From assembly GCF_046105845.1 (NCBI RefSeq), contig NZ_CP151004.1: a stretch of DNA of 64,000 nt; one strand, given 5' to 3'. Shown here in pieces: positions 1 through 10,604 of the stretch (positions are counted from its first letter, which is position 1; every line of letters begins with the position of its first letter). The DNA is from Escherichia coli (lineage in GTDB: Bacteria; Pseudomonadota; Gammaproteobacteria; Enterobacterales; Enterobacteriaceae). The translations under genes and the position numbers were made by a program. A model generated the notes under the pieces. The model was not told the origin of the DNA. It ran no database searches and worked only from the letters and a program-made list of their open reading frames with translations.

Positions 1-2
1 AA

Positions 3-2114
3 GGCATTCGCGGGCAGGATGAATTTGTTCGTGTGAGTTGGGATGAGGCGCTGGAGCTTATTCACCAACAACATAAACGCATTCGTGAGGCTTATGGTCC
101 GGCATCGATTTTTGCTGGTTCCTACGGCTGGCGTTCAAACGGCGTGCTGCATAAGGCCTCGACATTATTACAACGCTATATGGCGCTTGCAGGCGGTTAT
201 ACCGGGCATCTGGGGGATTATTCGACCGGTGCAGCACAGGCGATCATGCCGTATGTCGTGGGGGGCAGCGAAGTTTATCAACAGCAAACCAGTTGGCCGT
301 TGGTGCTGGAACATAGCGATGTCGTGGTGCTGTGGAGTGCTAACCCACTCAATACGCTGAAAATTGCGTGGAATGCATCCGATGAGCAGGGGCTTTCTTA
401 CTTTTCTGCACTGCGTGACAGCAGGAAAAAGCTGATCTGCATTGATCCAATGCGATCGGAAACCGTCGATTTCTTTGGCGATAAAATGGAGTGGGTGGCA
501 CCGCACATGGGCACCGATGTTGCGCTGATGCTGGGGATCGCCTATACGCTGGTGGAAAATGGTTGGCACGACGAAGCGTTTCTGGCGCGTTGCACCACAG
601 GTTATGCCGTCTTCGCCTCTTATTTGCTGGGCGAGAGTGACGGAATAGCCAAAACCGCCGAATGGGCGGCAGGGATTTGTGGGGTTAACGCAGAGAAAAT
701 CCGCGAGCTGGCGGCTCTTTTCCACCAAAACACGACCATGCTGATGGCTGGCTGGGGAATGCAGCGTCAACAGTTTGGTGAGCAAAAACATTGGATGATC
801 GTCACGCTGGCGGCAATGTTGGGGCAAATCGGCACACCCGGCGGCGGTTTTGGTCTTTCTTACCATTTTGCCAATGGTGGTAACCCCACGCGGCGTTCTG
901 CGGTGCTCTCTTCCATGCAGGGCAGCTTGCCTGGCGGCACCGATGCGGTGGATAAAATCCCTGTTGCCCGCATTGTTGAAGCACTGGAAAACCCCGGTGG
1001 CGCATATCAACATAACGGTATGGACCGACATTTCCCGGATATTCGTTTTATCTGGTGGGCGGGCGGTGCCAACTTTACTCATCATCAGGATACCAATCGC
1101 CTGATCCGTGCCTGGCAAAAACCGGAGCTGGTGGTGATCTCTGAATGCTTCTGGACGGCTGCGGCGAAACACGCGGATATCGTTCTGCCTGCGACCACTT
1201 CGTTTGAGCGTAATGATCTCACCATGACCGGCGATTACAGCAATCAGCATCTGGTGCCGATGAAACAAGTGGTGCCGCCACGTTATGAAGCGCGTAATGA
1301 TTTTGATGTCTTTGCCGAGTTGAGTGAACGTTGGGAGAAGGGCGGCTATGCGCGGTTTACGGAAGGAAAAAGTGAGCTGCAATGGCTGGAAACGTTTTAT
1401 AACGTTGCCCGGCAGCGCGGGGCAAGCCAGCAGGTTGAATTGCCGCCATTTGCTGAGTTCTGGCAAGCCAACCAGTTAATTGAGATGCCGGAAAACCCGG
1501 ACAGCGAGCGGTTTATTCGCTTCGCCGATTTTCGCCGCGATCCGCAGGCGCATCCATTAAAAACTGCCAGTGGTAAGATTGAAATCTTCTCGCAGCGTAT
1601 TGCCGATTACGCTTATCCGGATTGCCCTGGGCATCCAATGTGGCTGGAGCCGGACGAATGGCAGGGCAATGCCGAACCGGAACAGTTGCAGGTACTTTCT
1701 GCTCATCCGGCACATCGTCTGCATAGCCAGCTGAATTACAGTTCTCTGCGCGAATTGTACGCGGTGGCAAATCGTGAGCCTGTCACCATTCATCCTGACG
1801 ATGCCCAGGCGCGCGGCATACAAGATGGCGATATTGTTCGGTTGTGGAACGCACGCGGGCAAATTCTTGCCGGAGCGGTCATTAGCGAGGGAATTAAACC
1901 TGGCGTGATTTGTATTCATGAAGGGGCATGGCCGGATCTGGATTTAACCGCTGACGGTATTTGTAAAAACGGCGCGGTGAACGTTCTGACCAAAGATCTC
2001 CCCAGCTCGCGGCTGGGGAATGGCTGTGCGGGTAATACGGCGCTGGCATGGCTGGAAAAATACAACGGTCCGGAACTGACACTTACAGCGTTTGAACCAC
2101 CGGCCAGCTCATAA
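3..2114 (+). CDS. bisC: Biotin sulfoxide reductase, 5'-partial (gene begins upstream of the window); molybdopterin oxidoreductase family
   Basis: Open frame runs from position 3 with no stop to TAA at 2114; translation recognised as BisC C-terminal ~700 aa; the ORF-track start at 33 is an internal GTG. Confidence 0.93.
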   Translation, partial: GIRGQDEFVRVSWDEALELIHQQHKRIREAYGPASIFAGSYGWRSNGVLHKASTLLQRYMALAGGYTGHLGDYSTGAAQAIMPYVVGGSEVYQQQTSWPLVLEHSDVVVLWSANPLNTLKIAWNASDEQGLSYFSALRDSRKKLICIDPMRSETVDFFGDKMEWVAPHMGTDVALMLGIAYTLVENGWHDEAFLARCTTGYAVFASYLLGESDGIAKTAEWAAGICGVNAEKIRELAALFHQNTTMLMAGWGMQRQQFGEQKHWMIVTLAAMLGQIGTPGGGFGLSYHFANGGNPTRRSAVLSSMQGSLPGGTDAVDKIPVARIVEALENPGGAYQHNGMDRHFPDIRFIWWAGGANFTHHQDTNRLIRAWQKPELVVISECFWTAAAKHADIVLPATTSFERNDLTMTGDYSNQHLVPMKQVVPPRYEARNDFDVFAELSERWEKGGYARFTEGKSELQWLETFYNVARQRGASQQVELPPFAEFWQANQLIEMPENPDSERFIRFADFRRDPQAHPLKTASGKIEIFSQRIADYAYPDCPGHPMWLEPDEWQGNAEPEQLQVLSAHPAHRLHSQLNYSSLRELYAVANREPVTIHPDDAQARGIQDGDIVRLWNARGQILAGAVISEGIKPGVICIHEGAWPDLDLTADGICKNGAVNVLTKDLPSSRLGNGCAGNTALAWLEKYNGPELTLTAFEPPASS

Positions 2115-2523
2115 TCCAGGTGGGTAGTTGGGTTTCATCCTGCCATGCGCAGTCGACAATGTGAAAACCCTGCGCATGGTAAAAATATATCGCCGGTTGA
2201 TTTTTTTGATAAACCTCCAGCATCAGATGGGGATGGCGCTGCTGCACATACTGCATTAGCGCCTTACCAATACCGCGTCTGACGGCCTTCGGTGCGACAA
2301 ACATTGCAGCCAGAAATCGGCCTTCCATAATGCTGACAAAACCGAGAAGCTTACCGTCTTCTTCCCAGACCCAGTTTTGCGCGTTGGCAAGATAGGCATC
2401 CCGCACCAGCGGAATGCAATCACGCCAGTAATTCGCTTTTATAAAGGGATGCCCCCAGGTTGTACTTTCCAGCCACAGTTCGAGGATCGCGGGGAGTTCT
2501 GAACGTTGCGCTTCCCGAATCAT
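2083..2523 (-). CDS. yiaC: GNAT-family N-acetyltransferase, 146 aa
   Basis: 146-aa ORF recognised as YiaC; 3' end overlaps the bisC 3' end by 32 nt (convergent); start overlaps the tag stop by 4 nt. Confidence 0.9.
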   Translation of the reverse strand: MIREAQRSELPAILELWLESTTWGHPFIKANYWRDCIPLVRDAYLANAQNWVWEEDGKLLGFVSIMEGRFLAAMFVAPKAVRRGIGKALMQYVQQRHPHLMLEVYQKNQPAIYFYHAQGFHIVDCAWQDETQLPTWIMSWPVVQTL

Positions 2524-3083
2524 GGTTTATTTCCCGGATAGCAACAGCAGCCAACCACATGATCATTCACCAGCCCACATGCCTGCATAAAGGAGTAACA
2601 GATTGTGGTACCAACAAACTTAAAACCACGCTTTTTCAGGGCTTTAGATAGAGCGTCGGAGGCGGGCGTAGATGTAGGGATTTCGCTCAACGTTGTGGCT
2701 TGTGTCACCTGTGGTTGATGATTGACAAACGACCAGACAAAGTCGGCAAACGGTTCGCCGTTCTGTTCCATTTGCAGGTACGCCCGCGCATTACCAATAA
2801 TTGCCTGAATTTTCCCGCGATGGCGGATAATCCCGGCGTACTGTACCAGTCTTTCGACATCCTCTTCCTGCATTGCAGCCACCTTCACCGGATCGAACTG
2901 ATGAAAGCTGGCGCGATAGTTTTCGCGTTTTTTGAGGACGGTGATCCACGATAATCCAGCCTGCTGCCCTTCAAGGCAGATCATTTCGAACAGTTTTTTA
3001 CTGTCAGTTTCAGGCACGCCCCATTCATTATCATGGTAGGCAATATAAAGCGGGTCCTGACTCACCCAGCCGCAACGTTCCAT
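2520..3083 (-). CDS. tag: 3-methyladenine DNA glycosylase I, 187 aa
   Basis: ORF-track frame 2520..3320 trimmed to internal ATG (CAT on + strand at 3081-3083) giving MERCGWVSQDPLYIAYHDNEWG, the recognised Tag N-terminus. Confidence 0.92.
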   Translation of the reverse strand: MERCGWVSQDPLYIAYHDNEWGVPETDSKKLFEMICLEGQQAGLSWITVLKKRENYRASFHQFDPVKVAAMQEEDVERLVQYAGIIRHRGKIQAIIGNARAYLQMEQNGEPFADFVWSFVNHQPQVTQATTLSEIPTSTPASDALSKALKKRGFKFVGTTICYSFMQACGLVNDHVVGCCCYPGNKP

Positions 3084-3234
3084 ACTTTCCCTCGCTATGT
3101 ACCCGATCGTAAAAATTTCAGCCGCTTTTCTTGACGCATCGGTGAAAAAGTCAATATTTAATACAGGGCTACTATGCCCGATATCCTTCATACAATGACA
3201 ATAATATTGCCGAATTCGGCTCTTCCCTGGAGTC

Positions 3235-3939
3235 GTGTTAATGATCATAAAAAAAAGCGGTGGTCGCTGGCAGCTAAGCCTGCTGGCGAGTGTGGTAATC
3301 AGTGCCTTTTTTCTCAACACAGCTTACGCCTGGCAACAAGAATATATCGTTGATACGCAACCCGGACATTCCACAGAGCGTTACACCTGGGATAGCGATC
3401 ATCAACCTGATTACAACGATATTTTGTCGCAACGTATTCAAAGTAGCCAAAGGGCGCTGGGACTGGAAGTCAATCTGGCGGAAGAAACTCCTGTGGATGT
3501 GACCAGCAGTATGAGTATGGGCTGGAATTTTCCTTTATATGAGCAGGTTACAACCGGCCCGGTCGCGGCATTACATTACGATGGCACAACCACCTCGATG
3601 TATAACGAGTTTGGCGACAGTACTACCACGCTGGCCGATCCGTTATGGCATGCCAGCGTGAGTACCTTAGGCTGGCGTGTTGACTCCCGGCTTGGCGATC
3701 TCCGACCCTGGGCGCAAATCAGCTATAACCAGCAATTTGGCGAGAATATCTGGAAGGCGCAATCAGGCCTGAGCCGGATGACGGCGACAAACCAGAACGG
3801 CAACTGGCTGGATGTCACCGTAGGCGCTGATATGTTGCTCAATCAAAATATTGCTGCCTATGCTGCGCTATCTCAGGCAGAAAATACCACTAACAATAGC
3901 GACTATCTGTATACGATAGGGGTTAGTGCCAAATTTTAA
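3235..3939 (+). CDS. yhjY: Predicted outer-membrane beta-barrel protein, ~232-234 aa
   Basis: ORF with signal-peptide-like N-terminus and aromatic C-terminal residue (…GVSAKF); position and sequence match recalled YhjY. Confidence 0.85.
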   Translation: MLMIIKKSGGRWQLSLLASVVISAFFLNTAYAWQQEYIVDTQPGHSTERYTWDSDHQPDYNDILSQRIQSSQRALGLEVNLAEETPVDVTSSMSMGWNFPLYEQVTTGPVAALHYDGTTTSMYNEFGDSTTTLADPLWHASVSTLGWRVDSRLGDLRPWAQISYNQQFGENIWKAQSGLSRMTATNQNGNWLDVTVGADMLLNQNIAAYAALSQAENTTNNSDYLYTIGVSAKF

Positions 3940-4053
3940 CGTTATATATACAATTGAAACCATTGGATAACAACAGTTGTGGCGATAGTGGGTGCTAACT
4001 TACTAAATAATAAATTTGGTGAATAATTGTCGAGTCATTCATTCCTGAACTAA

Positions 4054-4084
4054 TGCATTTCATTCTGTTCTGATGGCATTTCAT
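4054..4084 (+). promoter_or_regulatory. Direct repeat tGCATTTCAT-N11-GGCATTTCAT, candidate YpdB (PyrR) response-regulator binding site in the yhjX promoter
   Basis: Two 10-bp near-identical direct repeats separated by 11 bp, ~85-115 bp upstream of the yhjX ATG; matches the recalled YpdB motif. Confidence 0.5.
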
Positions 4085-4167
4085 GCCGTTTTTCCCCAGG
4101 CATAAAGTGCACTTCGTTATGGTTGTCAGCAGAGATTTTTCCTTTTTATTACTGCAGGAATACTGCC

Positions 4168-5370
4168 ATGACACCTTCAAATTATCAGCGTACCCGCTGG
4201 TTGACACTCATCGGTACTATCATTACCCAGTTTGCCCTTGGGTCGGTTTATACCTGGAGCCTGTTTAACGGCGCGCTTTCTGCCAAGCTGGATGCGCCGG
4301 TAAGCCAGGTCGCTTTCTCTTTCGGCTTGTTAAGTCTGGGGCTGGCAATTTCATCTTCTGTTGCGGGGAAATTACAGGAACGTTTTGGCGTTAAACGCGT
4401 CACTATGGCTTCCGGCATTTTGCTGGGATTAGGCTTCTTCCTGACAGCGCATTCTGACAACCTGATGATGCTGTGGTTAAGCGCCGGTGTGCTGGTCGGT
4501 CTGGCGGATGGCGCGGGTTACCTACTGACGCTCTCTAACTGCGTGAAGTGGTTCCCGGAGCGTAAAGGTCTGATCTCCGCGTTCGCTATCGGTTCTTATG
4601 GTCTGGGTAGCCTGGGTTTCAAATTTATCGACACGCAGCTGCTGGAAACGGTGGGTCTGGAAAAAACTTTTGTGATTTGGGGAGCGATTGCGCTGGTGAT
4701 GATTGTTTTCGGCGCAACGTTAATGAAAGACGCACCAAAACAGGAAGTGAAAACCAGCAATGGTGTGGTGGAGAAAGATTACACGCTGGCAGAGTCGATG
4801 CGTAAACCGCAGTACTGGATGTTAGCGGTAATGTTCCTGACTGCCTGCATGAGCGGCCTGTACGTGATTGGGGTAGCGAAAGATATCGCCCAAAGTCTGG
4901 CACACCTTGATGTGGTTTCCGCAGCCAATGCAGTCACTGTTATTTCCATCGCCAACCTTTCAGGTCGTCTGGTTCTGGGGATACTGTCTGACAAAATCGC
5001 CCGAATCCGTGTTATCACCATTGGTCAGGTGATTTCGCTGGTGGGTATGGCGGCCCTGCTGTTTGCACCATTGAATGCAGTGACGTTCTTTGCAGCGATT
5101 GCCTGCGTGGCGTTTAACTTTGGCGGCACCATTACCGTTTTCCCGTCACTGGTCAGTGAGTTCTTCGGCCTCAATAACCTGGCGAAAAACTACGGTGTGA
5201 TTTATCTCGGTTTCGGTATCGGCAGCATTTGTGGGTCGATTATCGCCTCACTGTTTGGCGGCTTCTATGTGACCTTCTACGTGATTTTCGCCCTGCTGAT
5301 TCTGTCACTGGCGCTCTCTACGACGATTCGTCAGCCAGAGCAGAAAGTATTGCGTGAGGCACATATTTAG
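4168..5370 (+). CDS. yhjX: MFS transporter (oxalate/formate antiporter-like), pyruvate-inducible, ~400 aa
   Basis: ORF-track frame 4123..5370 trimmed to ATG at 4168 (MTPSNYQRTRWLTLIG…); multi-helix hydrophobic protein recognised as YhjX. Confidence 0.92.
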   Translation: MTPSNYQRTRWLTLIGTIITQFALGSVYTWSLFNGALSAKLDAPVSQVAFSFGLLSLGLAISSSVAGKLQERFGVKRVTMASGILLGLGFFLTAHSDNLMMLWLSAGVLVGLADGAGYLLTLSNCVKWFPERKGLISAFAIGSYGLGSLGFKFIDTQLLETVGLEKTFVIWGAIALVMIVFGATLMKDAPKQEVKTSNGVVEKDYTLAESMRKPQYWMLAVMFLTACMSGLYVIGVAKDIAQSLAHLDVVSAANAVTVISIANLSGRLVLGILSDKIARIRVITIGQVISLVGMAALLFAPLNAVTFFAAIACVAFNFGGTITVFPSLVSEFFGLNNLAKNYGVIYLGFGIGSICGSIIASLFGGFYVTFYVIFALLILSLALSTTIRQPEQKVLREAHI

Positions 5371-5689
5371 AAATATTTATCTACTAAAACAACAAAAGGG
5401 GAGAGGCGTAAGTATCTCCCTTTTTGTATTTTTTGAGTGTAAATAATACAGTGTTATTGATAATTTGAATAAATTATTGGTTTTCATTTTTAATTTATAT
5501 GGTTTTATTCCTAAAAATAAAATTCTGTCTTTTTCTGAGCTAGTAACTTGTTGATTTTTCCGTATATTTAATATGATTCAAAAATTAATATTTAGTAAAA
5601 ACAATTTTATTTTTTGACGCCATTTGTATAATCTGCGCCCGTTGTATAAACAACATCAAGCATATTTATCTATATAAATGGAGTTATAA

Positions 5690-6214
5690 ATGAAAAAGGT
5701 TCTGTTTGCCTTATCTGCGCTTGCGCTGACCTCTACTTCCGTATTCGCAGCTGATGCGGGCGACGGTACTATCAAATTTACCGGTGAGATTGTTGATGCC
5801 GCTTGTGTTGTGTCTCCGGACTCTCAAAAACAAGAAGTTGTTCTGGGCCAGGTGAACAAGTCTGTTTTTACTGCTATTGGTGATAAATCCACAGCAACGC
5901 CGTTCAAAATCAAACTGGAAAACTGTGATATCTCCTCTTTAAAAAATGTGGAAATCAGCTTTAACGGCGTTGGCGCTACAGGGAACGAGAAACTGGTTTC
6001 TGTAAGCACTGAACCAGGTGCTGCAAGTGGCGTAGGTATCGGTATTTATGATAACACCAATACCCTGGTTGACCTGAATTCTGGTAAATCTGCTACCGTT
6101 CTGAAAGAAGGCCAGACCGTTCTCTACTTCACCGCTAACTATGTCGCTACCGCCGATTCAGTAAGCACCGGTTACGGTAACGCCGAAGTCGACTTCAACC
6201 TGACTTACAATTAA
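5690..6214 (+). CDS. lpfA: Major fimbrial subunit of a long polar fimbriae-type chaperone-usher operon, 174 aa
   Basis: Signal peptide MKKVLFALSALALTSTSVFA, conserved fimbrial Cys pair, C-terminal EVDFNLTYN donor-strand motif; GGAG RBS upstream; resembles recalled LpfA of Salmonella/E. coli O157. Confidence 0.88.
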   Translation: MKKVLFALSALALTSTSVFAADAGDGTIKFTGEIVDAACVVSPDSQKQEVVLGQVNKSVFTAIGDKSTATPFKIKLENCDISSLKNVEISFNGVGATGNEKLVSVSTEPGAASGVGIGIYDNTNTLVDLNSGKSATVLKEGQTVLYFTANYVATADSVSTGYGNAEVDFNLTYN

Positions 6215-6297
6215 TCGCCCCTAACAGGACGATCATCTCTCAATGGCAACAGAGACTCTGTTGCCATTATTCACACCAATGACTCAGGGACCGAATC

Positions 6298-6984
6298 ATG
6301 AAACGTATTAGCCTTGCCGTGCTGGCACTTTTAATGACCGCACAACAGTGTTTTGCTGGTGGCGTAGCCTTAAGTACGACGCGTGTTATTTATGATGGCG
6401 GCAAGAAAGAAGCGTCGCTGACCGTTGAAAATCATAATAAAAATGAAGAGTTTTTGATCCAGTCATGGATTGATGACGTGAATGGTAATAAAAAAACGCC
6501 GTTCATTATTACACCGCCATTATTCAAACTTGATCCCGATAAAAATAACGTCTTACGTATCGTCAATATTGAAGATACCTTACCTAAAGATCGTGAATCC
6601 GTTTACTGGATTAATGTAAAAGCGATTCCTGCGAAAAGTGCTGAAAATGAAAATAAAAACGTCTTACAGATAGCCGTTCGCACCCGTCTGAAGTTGTTCT
6701 ATCGTCCAAAAGGTTTGCCGGGAAGCAACCTCGAGGCAATGAAACAGTTACGTTTCCAGCGTCAAAATAACCAAATTGTGGTTAACAACGACTCCGCTTA
6801 TAACCTGACCTTTAATCAGTTTTCCGTTAATGGACAAAAGATTGAACGGGCGGGAATGGTTCTCGCAAAAGGGACGTTAAACATTAACCTTCCAGCCGGT
6901 ACAGGCAACGCGAACGAAGTGAAATACAGCATTATTAATGATTTCGGTGTTGCCGGCGAAATGCTGATGAAGCCGATCAACTGA
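6298..6984 (+). CDS. lpfB: Periplasmic fimbrial chaperone (PapD-like), 228 aa
   Basis: Signal peptide plus PapD-family-like sequence (…RVIYDGGKKEASLTVEN…, …VRTRLKLFYRP…); sits between major subunit and usher. Confidence 0.88.
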   Translation: MKRISLAVLALLMTAQQCFAGGVALSTTRVIYDGGKKEASLTVENHNKNEEFLIQSWIDDVNGNKKTPFIITPPLFKLDPDKNNVLRIVNIEDTLPKDRESVYWINVKAIPAKSAENENKNVLQIAVRTRLKLFYRPKGLPGSNLEAMKQLRFQRQNNQIVVNNDSAYNLTFNQFSVNGQKIERAGMVLAKGTLNINLPAGTGNANEVKYSIINDFGVAGEMLMKPIN

Positions 6985-7007
6985 CCCTTTTACAAGGCGC
7001 TTTTACT

Positions 7008-9539
7008 ATGCATTGGATGCATTTACCTCTCTATCACTACAGAGCGCATTTTTCCTTCTCACTGCTGGCATTAACGATTGCCAGTTCGTTACCTGCGTAT
7101 GGCGGAAAATTTAACCCTAAATTTCTCGAAAACGTTCAGGGTATCGATCAACACATCGACTTGTCGGTATACGACTCACCTGTAGGCCAGCAAATACCCG
7201 GTAAATATCGGGTTTCGGTGTTTGTAAACGAAGAAAAAATGGCTTCCCGGACGCTGGATTTTAGTACCGCCAGCGAAGCGAAACGCAAAGCCAGCGGTGA
7301 GTCGCTTATGCCTTGCCTTAGCCGGGTGCAACTGGAAGAAATGGGCGTGCGCGTTGACAGCTTTCCGGCGCTGAAGATGTCGCCACCGGAAGCCTGTGTG
7401 GCGTTTGATGAAATCATTCCCCAAGCCACCAGCCGCTTTGATTTTAATACTCAGACGCTACATCTTTCCTTCCCACAAGCGGCAATGATGATGACCGCTC
7501 GCGGCACGGTTGATCCTTCTCGCTGGGATGAAGGAATACCTGCGCTGTTGCTTGATTACAGCTTTAGTGGCAGCAATGGACGCAATGAAGGTACAGGTTC
7601 ATCTTCAGATTCGACCAGTGACAGTTATTACCTGAACCTGCGCAGCGGTTTGAACGTCGGTCCGTGGCGTTTACGTAATAACAGTATCTGGAACCGTATC
7701 GATGGTCAAAACCAATGGGATAACGTTGGCACATCGTTAAACCGGGCGATTATTCCACTCAAGTCACAGATAACGCTGGGTGATACCGCCACACCTGGCG
7801 AGATTTTTGACAGTGTACAAATGCGCGGGGCGCTACTGGCATCCGACGATGAGATGTTGCCGGACAGCCAGCGTGGCTTTGCTCCGGTGGTGCGCGGCAT
7901 CGCCAAAAGCAACGCTGAAGTGAGTATCGAACAGAACGGCTATGTTATTTATCGTACCTTTGTTCAGCCGGGCGCATTTGAGATTAACGATCTCTACGCA
8001 ACCTCCGGCAGCGGCGACCTGACGGTAATCATTAAAGAAGCCGACGGAAGTGAACAACGTTTTATCCAGCCGTTTTCAGCGGTGGCGATTTTCCAGCGTG
8101 AAGGTTATCTGAAATACAGCCTGGCTGCCGGTGAGTATCGTGCGGGTAATTACGACAGCGATAAACCACATTTCGGGCAATTTACCGCCATGTATGGATT
8201 GCCGTGGGGGATGACCGCCTACGGTGGCGCATTGTTGTCGGCAGACTACAACGCTTTAGCGCTGGGGCTGGGGAAAAACTTCGGCACCATTGGCGCGGTA
8301 TCGGTGGATGTCACTCAGGCGAAAAGTCAGTTACGTAACAATGAAAAAGAGGAAGGCCAGTCTTATCGATTCCTCTATTCGAAAAGTTTTGATGGGGGCA
8401 CTGACCTGCGTCTGTTGGGCTACAAGTACTCAACCAGTGGCTATTACACCTTCCAGGAAGCAACTGATGTTCGCAGTGACGCCGACAGTGATTACCGTCG
8501 TTATCACAAGCGTAGCCAGATACAGGGCAACATTACCCAGCAACTGGGAGACTACGGCTCTGTTTATTTCAATATGACGCAGCAGGATTACTGGAACGTT
8601 GACGGTAAGGAAAACTCCTTAAGCGCCGGTTATCACGGTCATATTGGTCGGGTGAATTACAGTGTTGCCTATACCTGGACGAGAAGCCCGGAATGGGAAG
8701 AAGACGATCGCTTGTGGTCATTCAGTGTTTCAATCCCTCTGGGGGGCGCGTGGAGCAGTTATCGCATGACCACCGACCAGAATGGCAAGTCGTCGCAACA
8801 GGCCTCTGTCAGCGGAACGTTACTGGAAGATCGTAACCTGAACTATAACGTCCAGCAGGGTTACACCAGTAATGGCGTAGGCTACAGTGGCAGCGTCAAC
8901 ATGGGGTATATGGGAGGCTCTGGCAACATTGACGTGGGCTATAACTATTCCAAAGATAACCAACAGGTTAACTATGGCGTGCGCGGCGGTGTCATTGTTC
9001 ACAGTGAAGGTATAACGCTTTCGCAGCCCTTAGGTGAAAGCCTGGCAATTGTTTCTGCGCCGGGTGCGCGTGGTGGACATGTAGTAAATAGCAGCGGCGT
9101 TGAAGTTGACTGGATGGGCAACGCAGTGGTGCCTTATCTCACGCCATATCGTGAAACCATTGTGGAATTGCGCAGCGACACGCTGGGGCAAAACGTTGAA
9201 CTACAGGAAGCATTCCAGAAAGTCGTGCCAACGCGTGGTGCAGTTGTACGTTCCCGCTTTGATACCCGCGTCGGTTACCGTGTGCTGATGAGCTTAAAAC
9301 AGGCCAATGGCAACGCAGTACCGTTTGGTGCCACCGCAGCATTAATTGATGAGAGCAAACCTGCCAGCAGCATTGTGGGTGAAGAGGGACAGCTTTATAT
9401 CAGCGGGATGCCAGAAGAGGGCGAATTGCAGGTAAGCTGGGGGAACGAGCAGGCACAACGTTGCCGTGTGCCATTCCGCTTGCCAGAGAACAAGGACAAT
9501 TCGGGTATCGTGATGGTTAATGCGGTATGCGAGAAATAA
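7008..9539 (+). CDS. lpfC: Outer-membrane fimbrial usher, 843 aa, intact
   Basis: 843-aa uninterrupted ORF of usher size and composition; start may be at 7008 or the ATG at 7017. Confidence 0.88.
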   Translation: MHWMHLPLYHYRAHFSFSLLALTIASSLPAYGGKFNPKFLENVQGIDQHIDLSVYDSPVGQQIPGKYRVSVFVNEEKMASRTLDFSTASEAKRKASGESLMPCLSRVQLEEMGVRVDSFPALKMSPPEACVAFDEIIPQATSRFDFNTQTLHLSFPQAAMMMTARGTVDPSRWDEGIPALLLDYSFSGSNGRNEGTGSSSDSTSDSYYLNLRSGLNVGPWRLRNNSIWNRIDGQNQWDNVGTSLNRAIIPLKSQITLGDTATPGEIFDSVQMRGALLASDDEMLPDSQRGFAPVVRGIAKSNAEVSIEQNGYVIYRTFVQPGAFEINDLYATSGSGDLTVIIKEADGSEQRFIQPFSAVAIFQREGYLKYSLAAGEYRAGNYDSDKPHFGQFTAMYGLPWGMTAYGGALLSADYNALALGLGKNFGTIGAVSVDVTQAKSQLRNNEKEEGQSYRFLYSKSFDGGTDLRLLGYKYSTSGYYTFQEATDVRSDADSDYRRYHKRSQIQGNITQQLGDYGSVYFNMTQQDYWNVDGKENSLSAGYHGHIGRVNYSVAYTWTRSPEWEEDDRLWSFSVSIPLGGAWSSYRMTTDQNGKSSQQASVSGTLLEDRNLNYNVQQGYTSNGVGYSGSVNMGYMGGSGNIDVGYNYSKDNQQVNYGVRGGVIVHSEGITLSQPLGESLAIVSAPGARGGHVVNSSGVEVDWMGNAVVPYLTPYRETIVELRSDTLGQNVELQEAFQKVVPTRGAVVRSRFDTRVGYRVLMSLKQANGNAVPFGATAALIDESKPASSIVGEEGQLYISGMPEEGELQVSWGNEQAQRCRVPFRLPENKDNSGIVMVNAVCEK

Positions 9540-9543
9540 GGAT

Positions 9544-10599
9544 ATGCAGATGAAGAAGATATTTGCGAGTGCAATATTTTTTAGCGTAATTTTATTTTCA
9601 GAGGCACTTTACGCTGCAGATTGGGGACCATGTAAGATTGCTTTTGATGGTCCTCCATTCGATTATAGTTTCGATATCAGTCAGAGTATCCAGGAACCAA
9701 CTGAAAATAAGACTGGTAAAATATTAACGTCAACATGGAATTTGGGAACAAAGTACTCAGCATATTGTGAATGCCCTTCGAAGAATCCTGATGCCGGCAA
9801 ACCTACACTCTTTAAAGCTGATGTGAATTTGCAATCCGGGCATGCAACTGATTATTTCAAGGTTAATGATTTTTTAGACGTTACCACTAAGGTTTATGTG
9901 GTGTCATATGGTAATTGGCAAACTCCTTTTACGGATTTAAGTAACCGAACAACAGGTAAGGAGTGTGATCCGGATCATCCGGGAACAGGTTGGGCTACAG
10001 GAAGTAGAGGGGAGTTAAAACTATATATAGTTAAACCTTTTGTAGGACAACTTGATATACCTAAAACAGAAGTTGTGGCAATTTTTGGTACAAAGCAAGC
10101 GGGGGTTTATTATTCGACACCTTTATCAACAGTAAATATATTCGGTAATATAACTGTAACCCAAGGATGTGAACTTGCTGCGGGGACAACGCTTGAGATC
10201 CCCTTTGGCGAATATCAGGCTCATGACTTCAAAGGGCGTGCCGGACAACCGCCCCAGGGGGTACGAAAAATACAAAAAGAGTTAAGTTTTGACTGCAACA
10301 ATATTTCCGATGGAGTCAAAATCTATCTTAGCATTGAAGGTACTCCGAATACGGACTACCCCAGTGCAATCAGTTTGGGTAATTCAGATGTCGGCGCAGT
10401 TATTGAAGATGGGAAAGGCAATATCTTGAAGCCTAACGATAGCAATAGCTTATTGGAAATGGCTCCTGGTTCTCTGTATGACACGGTTAAGCGTACCGCG
10501 AAAACGACAATTACCGCCTACCCAGTCAGTACGAACGGGAAACTCCCCGCTGCAGGTGATTATAGCGGCATTGCTACCATACATGTCGAACTGGAGTAA
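9544..10599 (+). CDS. lpfD: Fimbrial minor subunit / putative tip adhesin, ~350 aa
   Basis: ORF following the usher with signal peptide MKKIFASAIFFSVILFSEALYA; start ambiguous (ATG 9544 or 9550; ORF track gives 9520, overlapping lpfC); visibly AT-rich. Confidence 0.8.
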   Translation: MQMKKIFASAIFFSVILFSEALYAADWGPCKIAFDGPPFDYSFDISQSIQEPTENKTGKILTSTWNLGTKYSAYCECPSKNPDAGKPTLFKADVNLQSGHATDYFKVNDFLDVTTKVYVVSYGNWQTPFTDLSNRTTGKECDPDHPGTGWATGSRGELKLYIVKPFVGQLDIPKTEVVAIFGTKQAGVYYSTPLSTVNIFGNITVTQGCELAAGTTLEIPFGEYQAHDFKGRAGQPPQGVRKIQKELSFDCNNISDGVKIYLSIEGTPNTDYPSAISLGNSDVGAVIEDGKGNILKPNDSNSLLEMAPGSLYDTVKRTAKTTITAYPVSTNGKLPAAGDYSGIATIHVELE

Positions 10600-10604
10600 C
10601 AGTC

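Noticed and set aside
168-1466. 432-aa ORF on the minus strand inside bisC
   Set aside because: Lies entirely antisense to a recognised gene; long antisense frames are common in GC-rich coding DNA; no RBS context or recognisable domain
4123-4167. N-terminal extensions offered by the ORF track for yhjX and many other genes (tag, eptB, dppB, bcsR, bcsA, bcsB, kdgK, pdeH, yhjG, yhjC, gadA, gadE)
   Set aside because: Internal ATG codons reproduce the recalled protein N-termini and lengths and in several cases have better RBS spacing; the extensions read through upstream intergenic or overlapping sequence
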